Part shown: piece after piece, positions 27,601-39,298 of the stretch | Layout: every line of letters starts with the position of its first letter | Position numbering within the stretch: position 1 is the stretch's first letter | From: Blasia pusilla | Lineage: Eukaryota | Assembly: GCA_050084515.1 (NCBI GenBank) | Contig: CM114271.1 | Span: 30,318,001 to 30,382,000, forward strand | Reading direction: 5' to 3' | Length of the DNA stretch: 64,000 bases | Notes under the pieces: model-generated | What the model saw: only the letters and a program-made list of their open reading frames with translations | The model's database searches: none | What the model was told of the DNA's origin: nothing | Translations under genes and position numbers: made by a program

Positions 27601-30600
27601 TGGCAAATTGGGAGAGGCGGTGCCGGTGGTTTAGCGACGCCCCTCGAGGCACGGGGGGAAGAAGTTGAGAGCCGCCATAGCAGTGCGATTGCTCTGCTCT
27701 CCTCTCATCAGGACTCCCTGCGCTGACTTTCGTTGCGAAAATCGATAGGAGGGGGGATTCGGTGGTAGCGAATCGGATGAGGCGGATCGGATCGGATCAG
27801 ATCACGAGAAAGGATCGTGGAGTTCGTGACCGGAGAAGCATGTGGATCCAGAGCGCATAAATGCAAACCTTCCACCGCTCCTGTCGAGATCTGCCGATTG
27901 TGCTGGAGATGGTGACAGTGAATCTTCCGAACTGCAGTTGTTATTTGCGATCCCTTTCCTCTCCCATCACTCGTTGAATCTGCACCTTCAAGGGCGAGAT
28001 TGATAGCTTCTAGGGGCCAGTACGTTTCGTCCCAGTCTTCTCCTGACAACATTTTGATGGTGGGGGTTTCTAGTTCCTCTCCCTCTTCCATCGCTCGTAC
28101 GATCTGCACTTACTCATTCTGCACAAAACCTTCCGACTGAAGATGCTATTGCCTATCATATTTCTTTCTCCTCCCCATTGCCGAATTGCACTGGTGAGAC
28201 ACTGAGAGAGAAGAGAGAGAGTTTCCACAGTTCCACATGTACTACAGTCGATGGCATAACTGCATAATGACGGGCCGCCTTATTATTTGTACGGGCCCTT
28301 CCAAATGGGGAGGTGCTTACTACATCAAACAGTGTAACTTCATCACAACTGAAATCTTCTTGTTAGGTTAGTCATGGTCCATTCTACACAACTGGCCGTG
28401 AACATATTGAGAGACCGTTGATAGCTCCGCATACCTATGAAGGGTCAATCAATATGTTCAGCAGCTGACAAGTTGTTGAGAGTAGAATGTAACTCCAGTT
28501 AGACTATACTAGTTGGTGCACAAGCACCGTGGACGGGCTGACTAGAAGTCTTCCTTCTCATCTAGTTTGGTTAGATGAAACTAAGCTATTAGAGAAGACA
28601 GGTGTTGAGTGAAGATATGTTTGTGACTGAGATTCCGGTTGCTGATAATACTATAGATGTTCTTAGGATTTCCAGCCAAATTTTGCGTTGCAAACTTACG
28701 TACTTTAGGCACAGTCTAATAGGGGAGGACATTTCTGCAAGGAGGTTTTCAAAAGCGGTCATGGACTCTAAACGTCAAATTATGAAGTTGTGCGAGTGGG
28801 AAGTGACAAAATGTGTCAAAGGCGACAGTGCATATGGCTAGGTGTTTGTTCATATTGAACAAGTGGCAGTTGGTGAGAATGTGAAGTTCACATACTCTGC
28901 ATGCAACTTCCAAAGACCAGGAGAATAGCGTGTGTGCAATCGCTCTATTCAAAGAAGGGAAGTCCGGACACAATCCCCCACAAGTCATAGGGTAGGATCT
29001 CACAACTATGGCAAACATGGTGTGAGCCGTCGATGGTGTTTTTTTGTGAGGTTTCGAGATGATAGCATTTCCAACTTGCATTTCAAACATCTCCCTATAT
29101 TTCTTGCTTGGCAAGCAAGAAATTCCATTTTAGGAATGATCAGGGACGAATTCTAGGGGATGGCACATCATGAGCAAATGAAAATTTTTATAGACGTGGA
29201 CATCGGGCCTTTGTGGTCTAGGGTGGAATGTGACGGAAGAGGAAAAGAGGTTATTGTTGATGACGCCACCCGCAACTTGGATGCTACGTGAACATACTCT
29301 GTCCCTTTTGTTGTTGATGTTCATATGGAAGAAGAAGAAGTTTGCAAGGTGTCACTCTACCACTCCCACATTGAGAGACATTAGGAAGTCCTTACAATGC
29401 CAATACATTACTCATCACAACTACTCTGATCTTATACAAAAAAGTTTGTGCATGTTCAAAGGAAGTTGAAAGATGTTCTTCCAAATTTAGAAAAATTCCA
29501 AATTTATGATCATATGAAGTTCATTGAACAACAATACTTGAATGCTCGCAAGAAGATAGAAGATGCCAAAGTCACATTGCTCTCTCTAACTAAGAGTTTG
29601 AAGGATATAGAACAAGTTGCAGAATTTTCCGTAGAAAGGAATATTGGTCATTTTCAATGATCGATATTTCTTGAAAACATGCTTGTAATATTGCATTGTT
29701 ACTCATGTATGATTATTGAATTTATAAGACCTTGGGTGTCATGTGTGCTTATGTTTGAATGTGATATTAGTGCAAATTGGAGTGCTCATCATTCCCAGAT
29801 AAGGAGGCATGAATAATTCATGGTGGCTTTCTAACATAAATTTTTTGGCCATATTGGAAGTCAAAGCTCCCATTGCTATATATGTCGAGATTCGCATAGG
29901 ACATTCCGTAATGGCTAAACTGCACCCTAAAAGACCGCATTTGCAGCCATACAGGAACCTTGCAATTCCATTCCTTGTACCCTTTTTTTTTGTCTAACAG
30001 TGCCCTGGCCATGGTTGCAAAAAAATGGACAAGTCCTCCCTTAGGACGGACATGGACGGATAAGTCTGGACATGGACTGAAAAGTCTGGACATGTCCACG
30101 GAAATGGGTTCCAAGAGGTGGGACCCACACTTATAGTCCATGATGGGAGGCAAGGCAAGGATGAGAGGAGCAATAAGGAAGGAGGAAGTGGAGATGGAGG
30201 GAGGAAGAAATGGGGGAGTACAAAACATGAAGGCAAGTAAGGGGAATGAAAAAGAAGGGAAAGGTGGGGCCCATACGGACAAGTCCTTCTATAGGACGGA
30301 CATAAGTTCACGGACACGTACTTTGTCCACATGCAACCTTGGCCTTGGCCCTTTCAATTTTCCCTACAACCCTAATTTCAGGCCCCATGAATATTATTAG
30401 AAGTCTGCTGCTCAATTTGAACTTCACTGGAGCTCTTCCTCACTCTTCCTAGTAGACATTGCAAACTTTTTTATTTGCTCTCTTGCAGTCTTGCCATCTT
30501 GGATCTTCGCCGTGGTAGTAGCACTAATCCATCCACCTGTGTATTCATTGTGAAGAAGCTTGGAAAAACATTATCTTTTGCTTGTGGTCTCGTAACCTTG

Positions 30601-30772
30601 AATTTTGGCCGCACACGCAACCTCTATGGAGAATTGCATCTCTACCTTGCTTCGTTGGAGCCCAAGTTGGGGACTAGGAGCTCATTCACAAGAGTCCGCC
30701 CAAACTAGGTCCCCAAATTGAGCCTATTCAAATAGGTTGGTTAGATCTAGCTTTCCACATCGATGTTGCAAC

Positions 30773-30911
30773 TGTCGTGCGCATACATATTGCTACACAA
30801 CATACATCGCTGGTTACATCTACACCACACAACACCGATCTTCCCCACACATGGGTCGATCCACACATGTACAAAAATCATCTCATACATATACATGGAG
30901 ATCACACAACC
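30773..30911. repeat. Element 1 repeat A (139 bp, terminal copy)
   Basis: Matches 31394-31532 with about 7 substitutions; absent from the other end of the element. Confidence 0.93.
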
Positions 30912-31391
30912 AAAAATAAAGAGTAGTAAAAATGGCACACCCGGCCGAAAACTCCATTCCTCAATCTACATTGGCATATCGAGCCTCGTCCACCTTATGC
31001 TATCAAGGAATCCAGACGCTAGCACCCTAGTCCTATCTCACACACATACAAGGGAGGTGCTCCAACGGCCCAACATGAGAAAGATGGCTTAGGAAAGCCA
31101 TCTTCCTCTCTTATATAGAGTTGGGAAGAGCCAAAAGGCTCTTCCCCTAAAAATAACCCTCTTCTTAGTAACCTGCGCACATAGGTTACGAGGGGCGAGT
31201 GACCTGGTCAACAAGTCACCCGGCTATGAAAGACCTCAACATGAAAGTTATTAGAAACGACGTTCCTGACACAATGGACCTATTCTCAACCTCATCCGAC
31301 CCCGTGGGACAAAGTTACACTCAAGATAGTCCACTGGCTCCTACGCCCTATCCACGATAGATCTCGGCCTATCGGCTACTCAGATGTGATA
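30912..31391. repeat. Element 1 repeat B (480 bp, 3' copy)
   Basis: Matches 39299-39778 with about 15 substitutions counted by eye, mostly transitions. Confidence 0.95.
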
Positions 31392-31393
31392 GC

Positions 31394-31532
31394 TGTCGTA
31401 CGCATACATATCGCTACACAACATACATCGGTGGTCATATCTACACCACACAACACCGATCTTCCCCACACATGGGTCGATCCACACACGTACAAAAATC
31501 AACTCATACATATACATGGAGATCACACAACC
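31394..31532. repeat. Element 1 repeat A' (139 bp, internal copy)
   Basis: Separated from B by the dinucleotide GC (31392-31393); abuts the G-rich tract on the internal side. Confidence 0.93.
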
Positions 31533-31542
31533 GCCCCCCTAG
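31533..31542 (-). promoter_or_regulatory. Putative polypurine tract, upstream of A' rather than of B
   Basis: Minus strand TAGGGGGGC; equivalent TAGGGGGCG at 41336-41344 and TAAGGGGGCA at 57389-57398 in family 2. Confidence 0.65.
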
Positions 31543-31607
31543 CTGGCAGTTGGATCCCCCCAACTCCAGAAAGAAAATATCACATCTCTCTGATATCACC
31601 TACTACC

Positions 31608-32870
31608 CTATACACATCTCGGACACATCCATCGTCCCGTGGGAACCACATCAACATGGGAGTCAGACATGACATATGCCACCCTCGAGAACAACCATCA
31701 CATACCAACATGGTGGCTGCATCCCTCGCAGATCCGCACATCAGACACCGCAAGCCTACAGGTACCACTGCCAAGCTCGGATCCACCGTCCCATCTATGT
31801 TCGGAAGAGGACATGACGCACAATTGCGCACATGATCCTTCCAAACCATACCATCCCGTCCCTCCAACATGAGGACTCCGGTCGGTAATACCTCGCGCAC
31901 ACGTAGGATTGTGCGCCCTGCAGTGACATCTAGCGTCGTGGGTGCCGCCTGCTCTAAATACACGTAATCTCCAGGTTGAAACCTCCTAATCCCTAGACGA
32001 TAACCTCCTCCACGAATATTCGTGTACCTCAATGTATCTCTATGCTCAGCAATAGCTAAGTTCTCAAAGGCCATAAGCATAACTCTACGAAAAACCTCCG
32101 CCCTCTGAGAACATGCTTGTACCCACACATCTGGATCATCAAGATCTAACACCTCTGCCATGTCACGTCGAATCGCTGCAGGTAAATCTGGCTCTCTCTC
32201 AAAGAGCAAAAAGTACTGTGAAAATGACGCCAAGGATGCCTACCGACTAAAGCAAAAACCCATAGCCAACCATGGCAACTGTAGGTCCCACTCCCTCAAC
32301 TGTCCCCGCTGCATGCCATACTTGCGCAATCCTCTCTTCACCGTCTGTACCACTCTCTCCGCCAACCCATCCGCCTCAGGATGATCTCTGGACGTGGTGC
32401 AGTGTTCTATCAGCGCCTGATCACACAAGGCCTAAAACTCTCCCCTGAACTCGGTACCGTGGTTAGTCAACACCTCCGCCAGTGCATCAAAGTGACTAAG
32501 CACATGATCTAGAAACGCATAAGCTGTTCCCTTGCTCGCCTTGCCTGGTAGTGCCACCAACTCTATCCACTTGGAGAAATGCTCCACCATGACCAACACG
32601 TACATATGATGACGCCGCGTCAATGGCAAAGGTCTCGCAAAGTCTAAACTCCACCGATAACCTAAATCCATAACTGGAAAAGGATGTAACTGCGGAGTGG
32701 GAGCATTGAAGGATGCTCGCACTCTGTCACATACCATACATCCGCCACAAATGCTGTACCCGGTATGCATGCGCGCCACCAATCTTGAACACGAGTAAGT
32801 CGTAAGTCCGCTTTACTCCGAAATGTCCCAACTCCTAATGGGCATGTCGTACTACACGTGCTCGCTAGGA
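31608..32870 (-). pseudogene. Element 1 integrase (HHCC + DDE core) with C-terminal PHD finger
   Basis: HAH-x-LGHFG...C-x2-C; RWSLDFARPLP...VEHFSKW...TNHGTEF; HPEADGLAERVVQTVK; CLMC...LVCDGCSRGWHMSCL...(frameshift)WMCPRC. Contains stops. Confidence 0.9.
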
Positions 32871-33309
32871 AGGATGAGGTACCACTCGTATCCTACCATC
32901 TCCCCATACCCGCAAAATATGAGTTCCCTCCCACCTGAACCTCTTGGCTCTCTGTAGGATCCGATCCCGCTCCCTAGCACTCACTGTACTTGCAATGACG
33001 CCAGTGCATAAGAACTCCACAACCTCCACGTCGTCATGGATATCACGTCCACCTGTCGCCTCCTCACTAACCTCCAGATCCAAAGACTCATCATCCAACC
33101 CCACCACTAGAGTCATCACCTGTGGCTGACCTGCTATAGTCAACCAACAAAGATAGGCAGATGCATGCCAACCGGGCACCATCTCCTCATCACTTTCTCC
33201 GTGCCATCGAGCTCTTGTGTCGTCTCTCTGACTCGAACATGGGTCACAACTCAACCAATCCGCATCCTGGTTCAGCCGACCTGGCCTATGAACCACCTCA
33301 AACTCATAC

Positions 33310-33965
33310 TCCTATAGTAATAGAGCCCACCTTGCAAGCTTTCCCGTAAGCTTGTCGGACTCCATCAACCACCTCAACGGCTGATGATCAGTGATAAGTG
33401 TGAAAGGGTTGCCGAATAAAAAGCACCTGAAATGTGCCACTGCCCACACTGCAGCCAAGCACTCTCCCTTGTAGGAGGTGTACTTCGCCTCTGCAATGTT
33501 GTTCGATCGGCTCGCGTAAGCCACAACGAACTCCCTCTCCTCGTCATCCCTCTGAGTAAGCACTGCTCCTAGACCCAACATGCTCCAATCCGTATGTAAC
33601 TGGAATGGGCGACCCCTAATCGGTCTCTGTTAAATGGGTGAGGATGTCAACATGTCCTTGAGCTCCTGAAATGCTCGCTCCTCATCATCTCCTCACAACC
33701 AAACCTGATCAAGTCTCGTCAACAAGGTCAAAGACTTTGCGATCGCACTAACACCCTTGACATACCATCGATAGAAGTTCGCCAGTCCAAGAAATGCTCG
33801 GACTCGACTCACATATGTAGGGCGTGGAATCTGCGCAATAGCCTCTACCTTCGTCTACTAAACGCCTAACCCACTCGGGTATATGGTGTGTCCCAAGTAC
33901 TCAATCTGCTCCTGAAAGAATCTGCACTTGCCTGGATGTAACTTCAGTCCATGTTACTGCAATCC
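33310..33965 (-). pseudogene. Element 1 RT C-terminal part and RNase H; RT core deleted
   Basis: HGLKLHPGKC..YLGH, FLGLANFY, FQLHTDWS...LGAVLTQ...VVAYASR...TDHQPL. About 740 bp present in element 2 (43795-44540, including YIDD) is missing at ~33965. Confidence 0.88.
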
Positions 33966-34108
33966 ATGTAACACTAGGGTTGCTATGTAGCAACCCTAGC
34001 CACCTCCGCAACAGGCACTCCACTTTGACCTCCTACACCATGCTCCACATCCGAAAAATGAACATGTGCTACTCTAGCCGCCTTCGCACTCTCTGCTCGA
34101 ATGACGTC

Positions 34109-35860
34109 CTAGGAAGTCCATGGGTGCCTATCTCTCCTCGTCTCGCCCTCAGCCAATGCCTGTACAGAACCTTTAGGCAATTGTCCAACTCGTGGACGTG
34201 ACGACATAGATGACACTCGCATCCGTCTCTGCTCAGCCATACCTAGGTTGACTATCCATGTGAGACAGTTGAGGTCCATCGCCTGCTCCAACACGTGTCT
34301 CTGGGATGCCTCAATCATCCCTGGCACCGCCGTAGTACCGGTAGCGAACCCCATGGCGCGCTCGCGCTCATCAGCTGTAGGCTCCTCCAATGCTCCGGTC
34401 ACCTCATCCCAAATCATGCCTGGCCCTCCCTGACGAAAGGCATGGGATGCTGGGAAGCTCACCAACGTAGGTAAGGCTGCCCTCAACTCCCCCATCCTAT
34501 TGGTCATGGCCAACGGTGGTCTATCATCCCGTGTCACCACTAGAGATCGACGCCCTGAGCCCAAAATAGCATCCACTGTGAGATGTGGTGCTCTCTGGAC
34601 TCCATCGTACGCTCGACTCGCACTGTGATGGTATCGGTTCGTCCACCACAGTCGTGGACGATGGGCACGTGATCCAACTCTCGCCGCATCTAATAACACA
34701 GCAGGTCCCAACCAGAACCTCACCTGATACACACTCGTCATCACACGTGCACGAGTGTCTCCCAACAATGGCACGTTCTCCAAGATGTACGTTGGAGAAC
34801 ATGTCTGACTCTCCTGCAAGTGTTGTACTACTCGCAGCATCTCCCAAAACATCCCTGACCTCGGATCCTGCAATCCAAATCCTTGGCCAGCTGATGAATG
34901 ACACTGACATGGCCATCCAGCAATCACCAAATGAATGGTGCCAACTCTATGCAGATCTTGCGCCCCCACCAAAGAGATGTCGGCGGGTAGTGTATGCTGA
35001 TATCCCCATACTGCACATACCGACAACAACTCAGGATACCTCTGTACCAATCTCGCCACGTGACGTAATGATACTCGCCGTGCGGTCTGATCTCTCTCAC
35101 CATAAAGGTATTGATGCACCCGTATGCCCGCCTGCAATACTGCAGCCAATCCGGTGCTAATCCTTCCGAAGATATCTAACACCCTAACACCCTCCTCTGG
35201 GCACTGCCACACAACAGGTGTGGTATCCAGTGGGGTCAACGTCTCCACGCCAAGAGCCTGATCGCCACGTGACTCACGCTGCTCCGGGATAAAAGCATGA
35301 CTCCACGCGTGCCTCACGAGGTTGTTGGCACTCCTCTGTAGCTCTGGAGTTATACCCCACAATGGTGAAGAGTTCTCGCCAACATGGGAAGAGACACCCG
35401 CCATGGCCTGACTCTCTGCGGGACTATCTGCTACTAAGACATCCTCCACATGTGCGTTATCCTCCAACAACTCTCCTGGCCAGCTAACACTACCTGTGAA
35501 AGCCGCCAACGTGGTCACAGACTCGCCTCGTGATCGACCACCTCGTCCCGCAAACTGCACGGGTAAGTGACTCATCTGGTCGTCACCTGACCGCCATCTT
35601 GGCCGATAAGCAACGGTCTCCTCCCATAAGTCAAGGATGAATCCTAGGGGATATAACAATGTACTCCCCACCAACATATCGTACGACTCAACTGGTGTCG
35701 TAATTGCACGTGTGCGCACCATAGCACTATCTGTCTCATACTCTGGCTGGACTCTAACAACTATCTCCTCTCGAGTCATATATTGCGTGGGTGACATGCC
35801 CCCAATCGAGGTCTGTATCTGAAAGGGACAAGGCTCAATGTCGGCCTTTCGTAACCCCAA
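34109..35860 (-). CDS. Pol segment: aspartic protease C-terminal half plus Dnmt3-like C5 cytosine DNA methyltransferase (~34250-35190)
   Basis: 583-aa open frame with C5-MTase motifs in linear order: I VLDIFGRISTG, II YLYGE, IV AGWPCQ, VI ILENV, VIII RAHRPRLWWTN, IX ERERAMGF, X VLEQAM. Confidence 0.9.
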   Translation of the reverse strand: MGLRKADIEPCPFQIQTSIGGMSPTQYMTREEIVVRVQPEYETDSAMVRTRAITTPVESYDMLVGSTLLYPLGFILDLWEETVAYRPRWRSGDDQMSHLPVQFAGRGGRSRGESVTTLAAFTGSVSWPGELLEDNAHVEDVLVADSPAESQAMAGVSSHVGENSSPLWGITPELQRSANNLVRHAWSHAFIPEQRESRGDQALGVETLTPLDTTPVVWQCPEEGVRVLDIFGRISTGLAAVLQAGIRVHQYLYGERDQTARRVSLRHVARLVQRYPELLSVCAVWGYQHTLPADISLVGAQDLHRVGTIHLVIAGWPCQCHSSAGQGFGLQDPRSGMFWEMLRVVQHLQESQTCSPTYILENVPLLGDTRARVMTSVYQVRFWLGPAVLLDAARVGSRAHRPRLWWTNRYHHSASRAYDGVQRAPHLTVDAILGSGRRSLVVTRDDRPPLAMTNRMGELRAALPTLVSFPASHAFRQGGPGMIWDEVTGALEEPTADERERAMGFATGTTAVPGMIEASQRHVLEQAMDLNCLTWIVNLGMAEQRRMRVSSMSSRPRVGQLPKGSVQALAEGETRRDRHPWTS

Positions 35861-35863
35861 CGC

Positions 35864-38100
35864 TTAACACGCCGCCTTCCCTAACATCAAGGGTTGCGCT
35901 CCCAAATCAAGTAGGACGCGCTGCAGATGGTATACTGTCCCCGTCGGACTAACCAAGCAAAATACTCCACCTCGGTTATCTAGTAACACTACTCCAAGTG
36001 TCACCACTGCTCGCTCTATGGCCGGTCGAGTTGGCATATCTACCAACTTCGCCGCCGCCGCATGCCATGACTCGGTGGGGAACGTCCCGAGCACCCGCTC
36101 TGAGGGCAATTCCACCACCTCCTCAACTACCTCTGAACAAGAAGCAGTCATCTCTCCACGCTCACACAACGTGGCGACCAACCGGAACAGCTCAGCTGGT
36201 CCAACTCCCAACGTCGCCAACTCTATGGCGGAAAATAGTGGAGTTTGACTCACTCTGGCGGCCACCTCCAACACTATGGTCGACAGTGACTCCACTCGAG
36301 CCGGCATAGGAGTTGTCACTCCAACTCCTCATGAGGTTAACGTAGGTACTTGAGCTGTAGGCACCAATGGTCATCGAGGCACCATCGATGGTGTGTGTAG
36401 TGCCTCCGACAATGTGAATGACTATGGAACCCTGGCCTGCCGCCCGTCGGTCCCCTTTGGTGGGTCAATCTCAACTCCACCTCTCAATGGCTCGGTGCCT
36501 CTCGCAGCATCCCGAGTCACCACTATAGCTGCCTCAACCCAGGCTGCACTACACATAAATCCCAAACTGGCAAGATCCTCACCCGGGTCAGGATAAGAGG
36601 TAGAATCCGGAGTCACACTAGCTGCTCGCAGCTCCGTGCCTTCCCTAAGCTGCATCATCATCATGGCAGCAATCCTTTGCTCCAACTGATTGATGTGTGA
36701 GAGAAGTGTCGGCTCTGGTGCTCCTGCTCCTCTGGCTGGTGGTGGTCCTCTACCATCACGTCCAGGAAGACTCCCCGACCTCCTCCGGGACAACCGCCCC
36801 CAGGCCCTCGGCCTACCTCTGGACGTGCCCCTCGGCGAAGGTCAAAACATTTATCCCTAGTGTGACCATATCTATGGGAATAGTCACACTGGTGCTATGG
36901 TGGGGCTATCCTCTGTGGCTCCTGAGCAATGGGAGGCACTAGTGGTCTTTCCCATGCTGTGGGTAGTCTCTTTGCCTATGGGCCCCTCCACACGTCCAAC
37001 AAGACCACATCGGTCCTTGTTGGGCAACATATGTAGGTACGGGTTGTTGTCTCATAGGCTCACGGTACCCGCCCTGCTCTCTAGGCACACTCGCCCACTC
37101 CCGTGGTACTGGTGCTCGTTGTGGCACCTGTGGGGTCACCATCGCTCGTGGACCCGTCGACTCTCGAGAAAATCCAGCGGTCACTACCGGCTCCTCACTC
37201 ATGTTGAGCTCAATACGCTCAGACAACTTAAAGACCACCTTCAATGTGGGCTTCGCTGTGTGAATCAGCACCGCATCTCGGACTCTCTTCCGTAGTTCTC
37301 GGTCCAGAACCCCCTACCAATACTGGACTGACTGCGCCTCAGTCACTCCAAACGTAGCAATGATCAGCCTCCTCATGCGTGTGAATGCCTCTCTCGGACT
37401 CTCACCCGATCGTCGCTCAAAATCATGTAGACTCTTTAGCTTGTCGGTGCGTACGCCCTGGTAGCTCTTCCCCAACTGTCGGAAGAACTCCACTGTGGGG
37501 CTGAAGCTGGGTGGTCCTCTACCATCAGAGGTCTCTGCCACATCGCCCATCTCATTGCCCTCCTCTCCATCTAATCTCCGGGCTAATGGTGTGGATCTCT
37601 CTCCTCTCACAATCCCATCATATGCCTCGCGACCACTAGTGGACACATACCCTGGAGCCCAATACATCCTCTAGGCATCGATCTCTACTGAATATAGTGA
37701 TCGAAACTCCATATAGTCATCCATCGGAGGACCCTCCAAGTGCTGGAACGATCCCTTCCATGCCATGAAATGGTTGAATCGTGTCGGGGTCCGTATCTCT
37801 TGGAAATCACACCACGTGTCGAACTCCTGGATAAAATCATCTAAGTCGATGGTGCCCACTGCACCCGAGAAACGACGCATGCCCCGATGGCCCATGTCGT
37901 CCATCTCCTGCCAAGTACTACTGTCTCTGTCTGCGATCTCGTCACCAGACCTAATGTCTACTAATGAAGATCCAGCCACGTATGGATGTCGAGGTAGCTC
38001 CTCACTGGTAACCCCTCGGTATCTCAATCCACTCCGTGTCACACCACTACTACTGCTCGCACTACCCGGTTCTTCCGAACCCTGGAAGAATGCCGTGATG
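35864..38100 (-). pseudogene. Element 1 gag and protease active-site region, broken by stops
   Basis: RFSGAVGTIDLDDFIQEF (gag N-terminal-like), FERRSGESPREAFTRMR (MHR-like), CWTCGGAH zinc-knuckle remnant, RVLLDLGAQP protease-like motif. Confidence 0.8.
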
Positions 38101-39284
38101 ACAAACCCTGTCTCACCCGCTCAAGCACTCAGACTCATCGAGAGTCTCCCACACGCCTCACTAGCTCACCTATGCTAATATCAATCCCGTGATGACATAC
38201 CTGGCCTCACGCACACTCAACACTCGGGCTCACTATGAGCCTCCCAACTGATTCACCTAACGTAGCGACACTCTCTCGGGTCATACACGCGACCCCTACT
38301 CGGCAACCGCCGTATATCCACCAACATGCTACACATGAAAAGAATCTACACTCGTCACCATCACTGCACCCACCTAGCACCAGCTACTACCCGATACCCA
38401 ACACTATCAATCACACACGACAAGTGCGGGAAAAGGGACTCGAATGGATAACCTGATCACGCCCTCCAACCTGCTGCACCATCAACATGCACTCCTCCAC
38501 GTGATATGACAACCTCCGCAACAAAACACTCTCCTCGACCAACACGTCGATCCTCCCATCAACAGATGCAGACAACCTGTCGGCATCATGCGCACTGCCC
38601 CTCCATCGTCAACTCTCGCAACGCCCTATCGCGCCCCAAAAACATCATGTCGCGCAAACCTCTCCGTCCATCCCCACACGCGGCATGTAACCTGACTCAC
38701 CCTGGTCGGCTCCCACCTACCACGTACGCCCTGTCCGACCACGTGAACATGAGCTCGACCACATTTGGACTCTCAACGACGTCTCCATCCAACCATGTTC
38801 GGTCCTACCACGTTTCCCATGCGCAACCACGTCCAAAGGGGAAGAAAAAGAGTAGTAAATGTGAGAGGGGGGGCCTGGCCCGCACCCCTATGGGCCTCCC
38901 CAACTTTTGGGGTGAGAAATAAATGCGCTTGGGGGCGCGCCATCGCCCCCCGTCTGCTCGTCGCCGTCCGCCCGTCCGCGCCCGCCGACCTAAACGCCCA
39001 TCAGCGCCTCCGACGGCTGCAAGCCCTAACTCTCCTTCTTGCTAAATCTCGACATTCCCGCTACTAGACGACGCTATACCTCCCGTCACAACCTGCGCTA
39101 CACCCTGCTCCTGTCCCCCATCAATCCGCACCAACAAAATCTGAGAAAAACGGACAGCGCTTCCGCCCACGGCCTTCCAAACAGAAAAATGACAAATACG
39201 ACACCAACCAACGTCTCCACGGGCTCCCGACCAAGGCAACTCGCTTGCCTACCTGCAAACAACGAATTCCCACCAACCCCCTGA

Positions 39285-39298
39285 CATCTTTCTCATGT
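39285..39298 (-). promoter_or_regulatory. Primer-binding-site position, complementary to the element's own predicted transcript 5' end
   Basis: Minus strand ACATGAGAAAGATG directly follows repeat B; its exact 14-nt complement is on the same strand at 39473-39460. No tRNA-type TGG start. Confidence 0.7.

Noticed and set aside
28400-29660. Possible SWIM/MULE transposase remnant
   Set aside because: Only vague Cys/His spacing across frameshifts; no convincing motif or TIR.
30773-31532. A-B-A' as an assembly artefact or a solo LTR inserted next to another LTR
   Set aside because: A and A' differ by several substitutions, the layout recurs in a second family with a 2-nt spacer, and the TSD pairs with the far end at 39779.
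34109-35860. Host DRM/DNMT3 gene or bacterial restriction-modification contamination
   Set aside because: Intronless, in frame with retroelement protease and repeated at the same pol position in three elements.
34248-38178. Plus-strand ORFs within element 1 as antisense genes
   Set aside because: Shadow frames of GC-rich gag-pol with no motifs and no clear conservation in elements 2 and 3.
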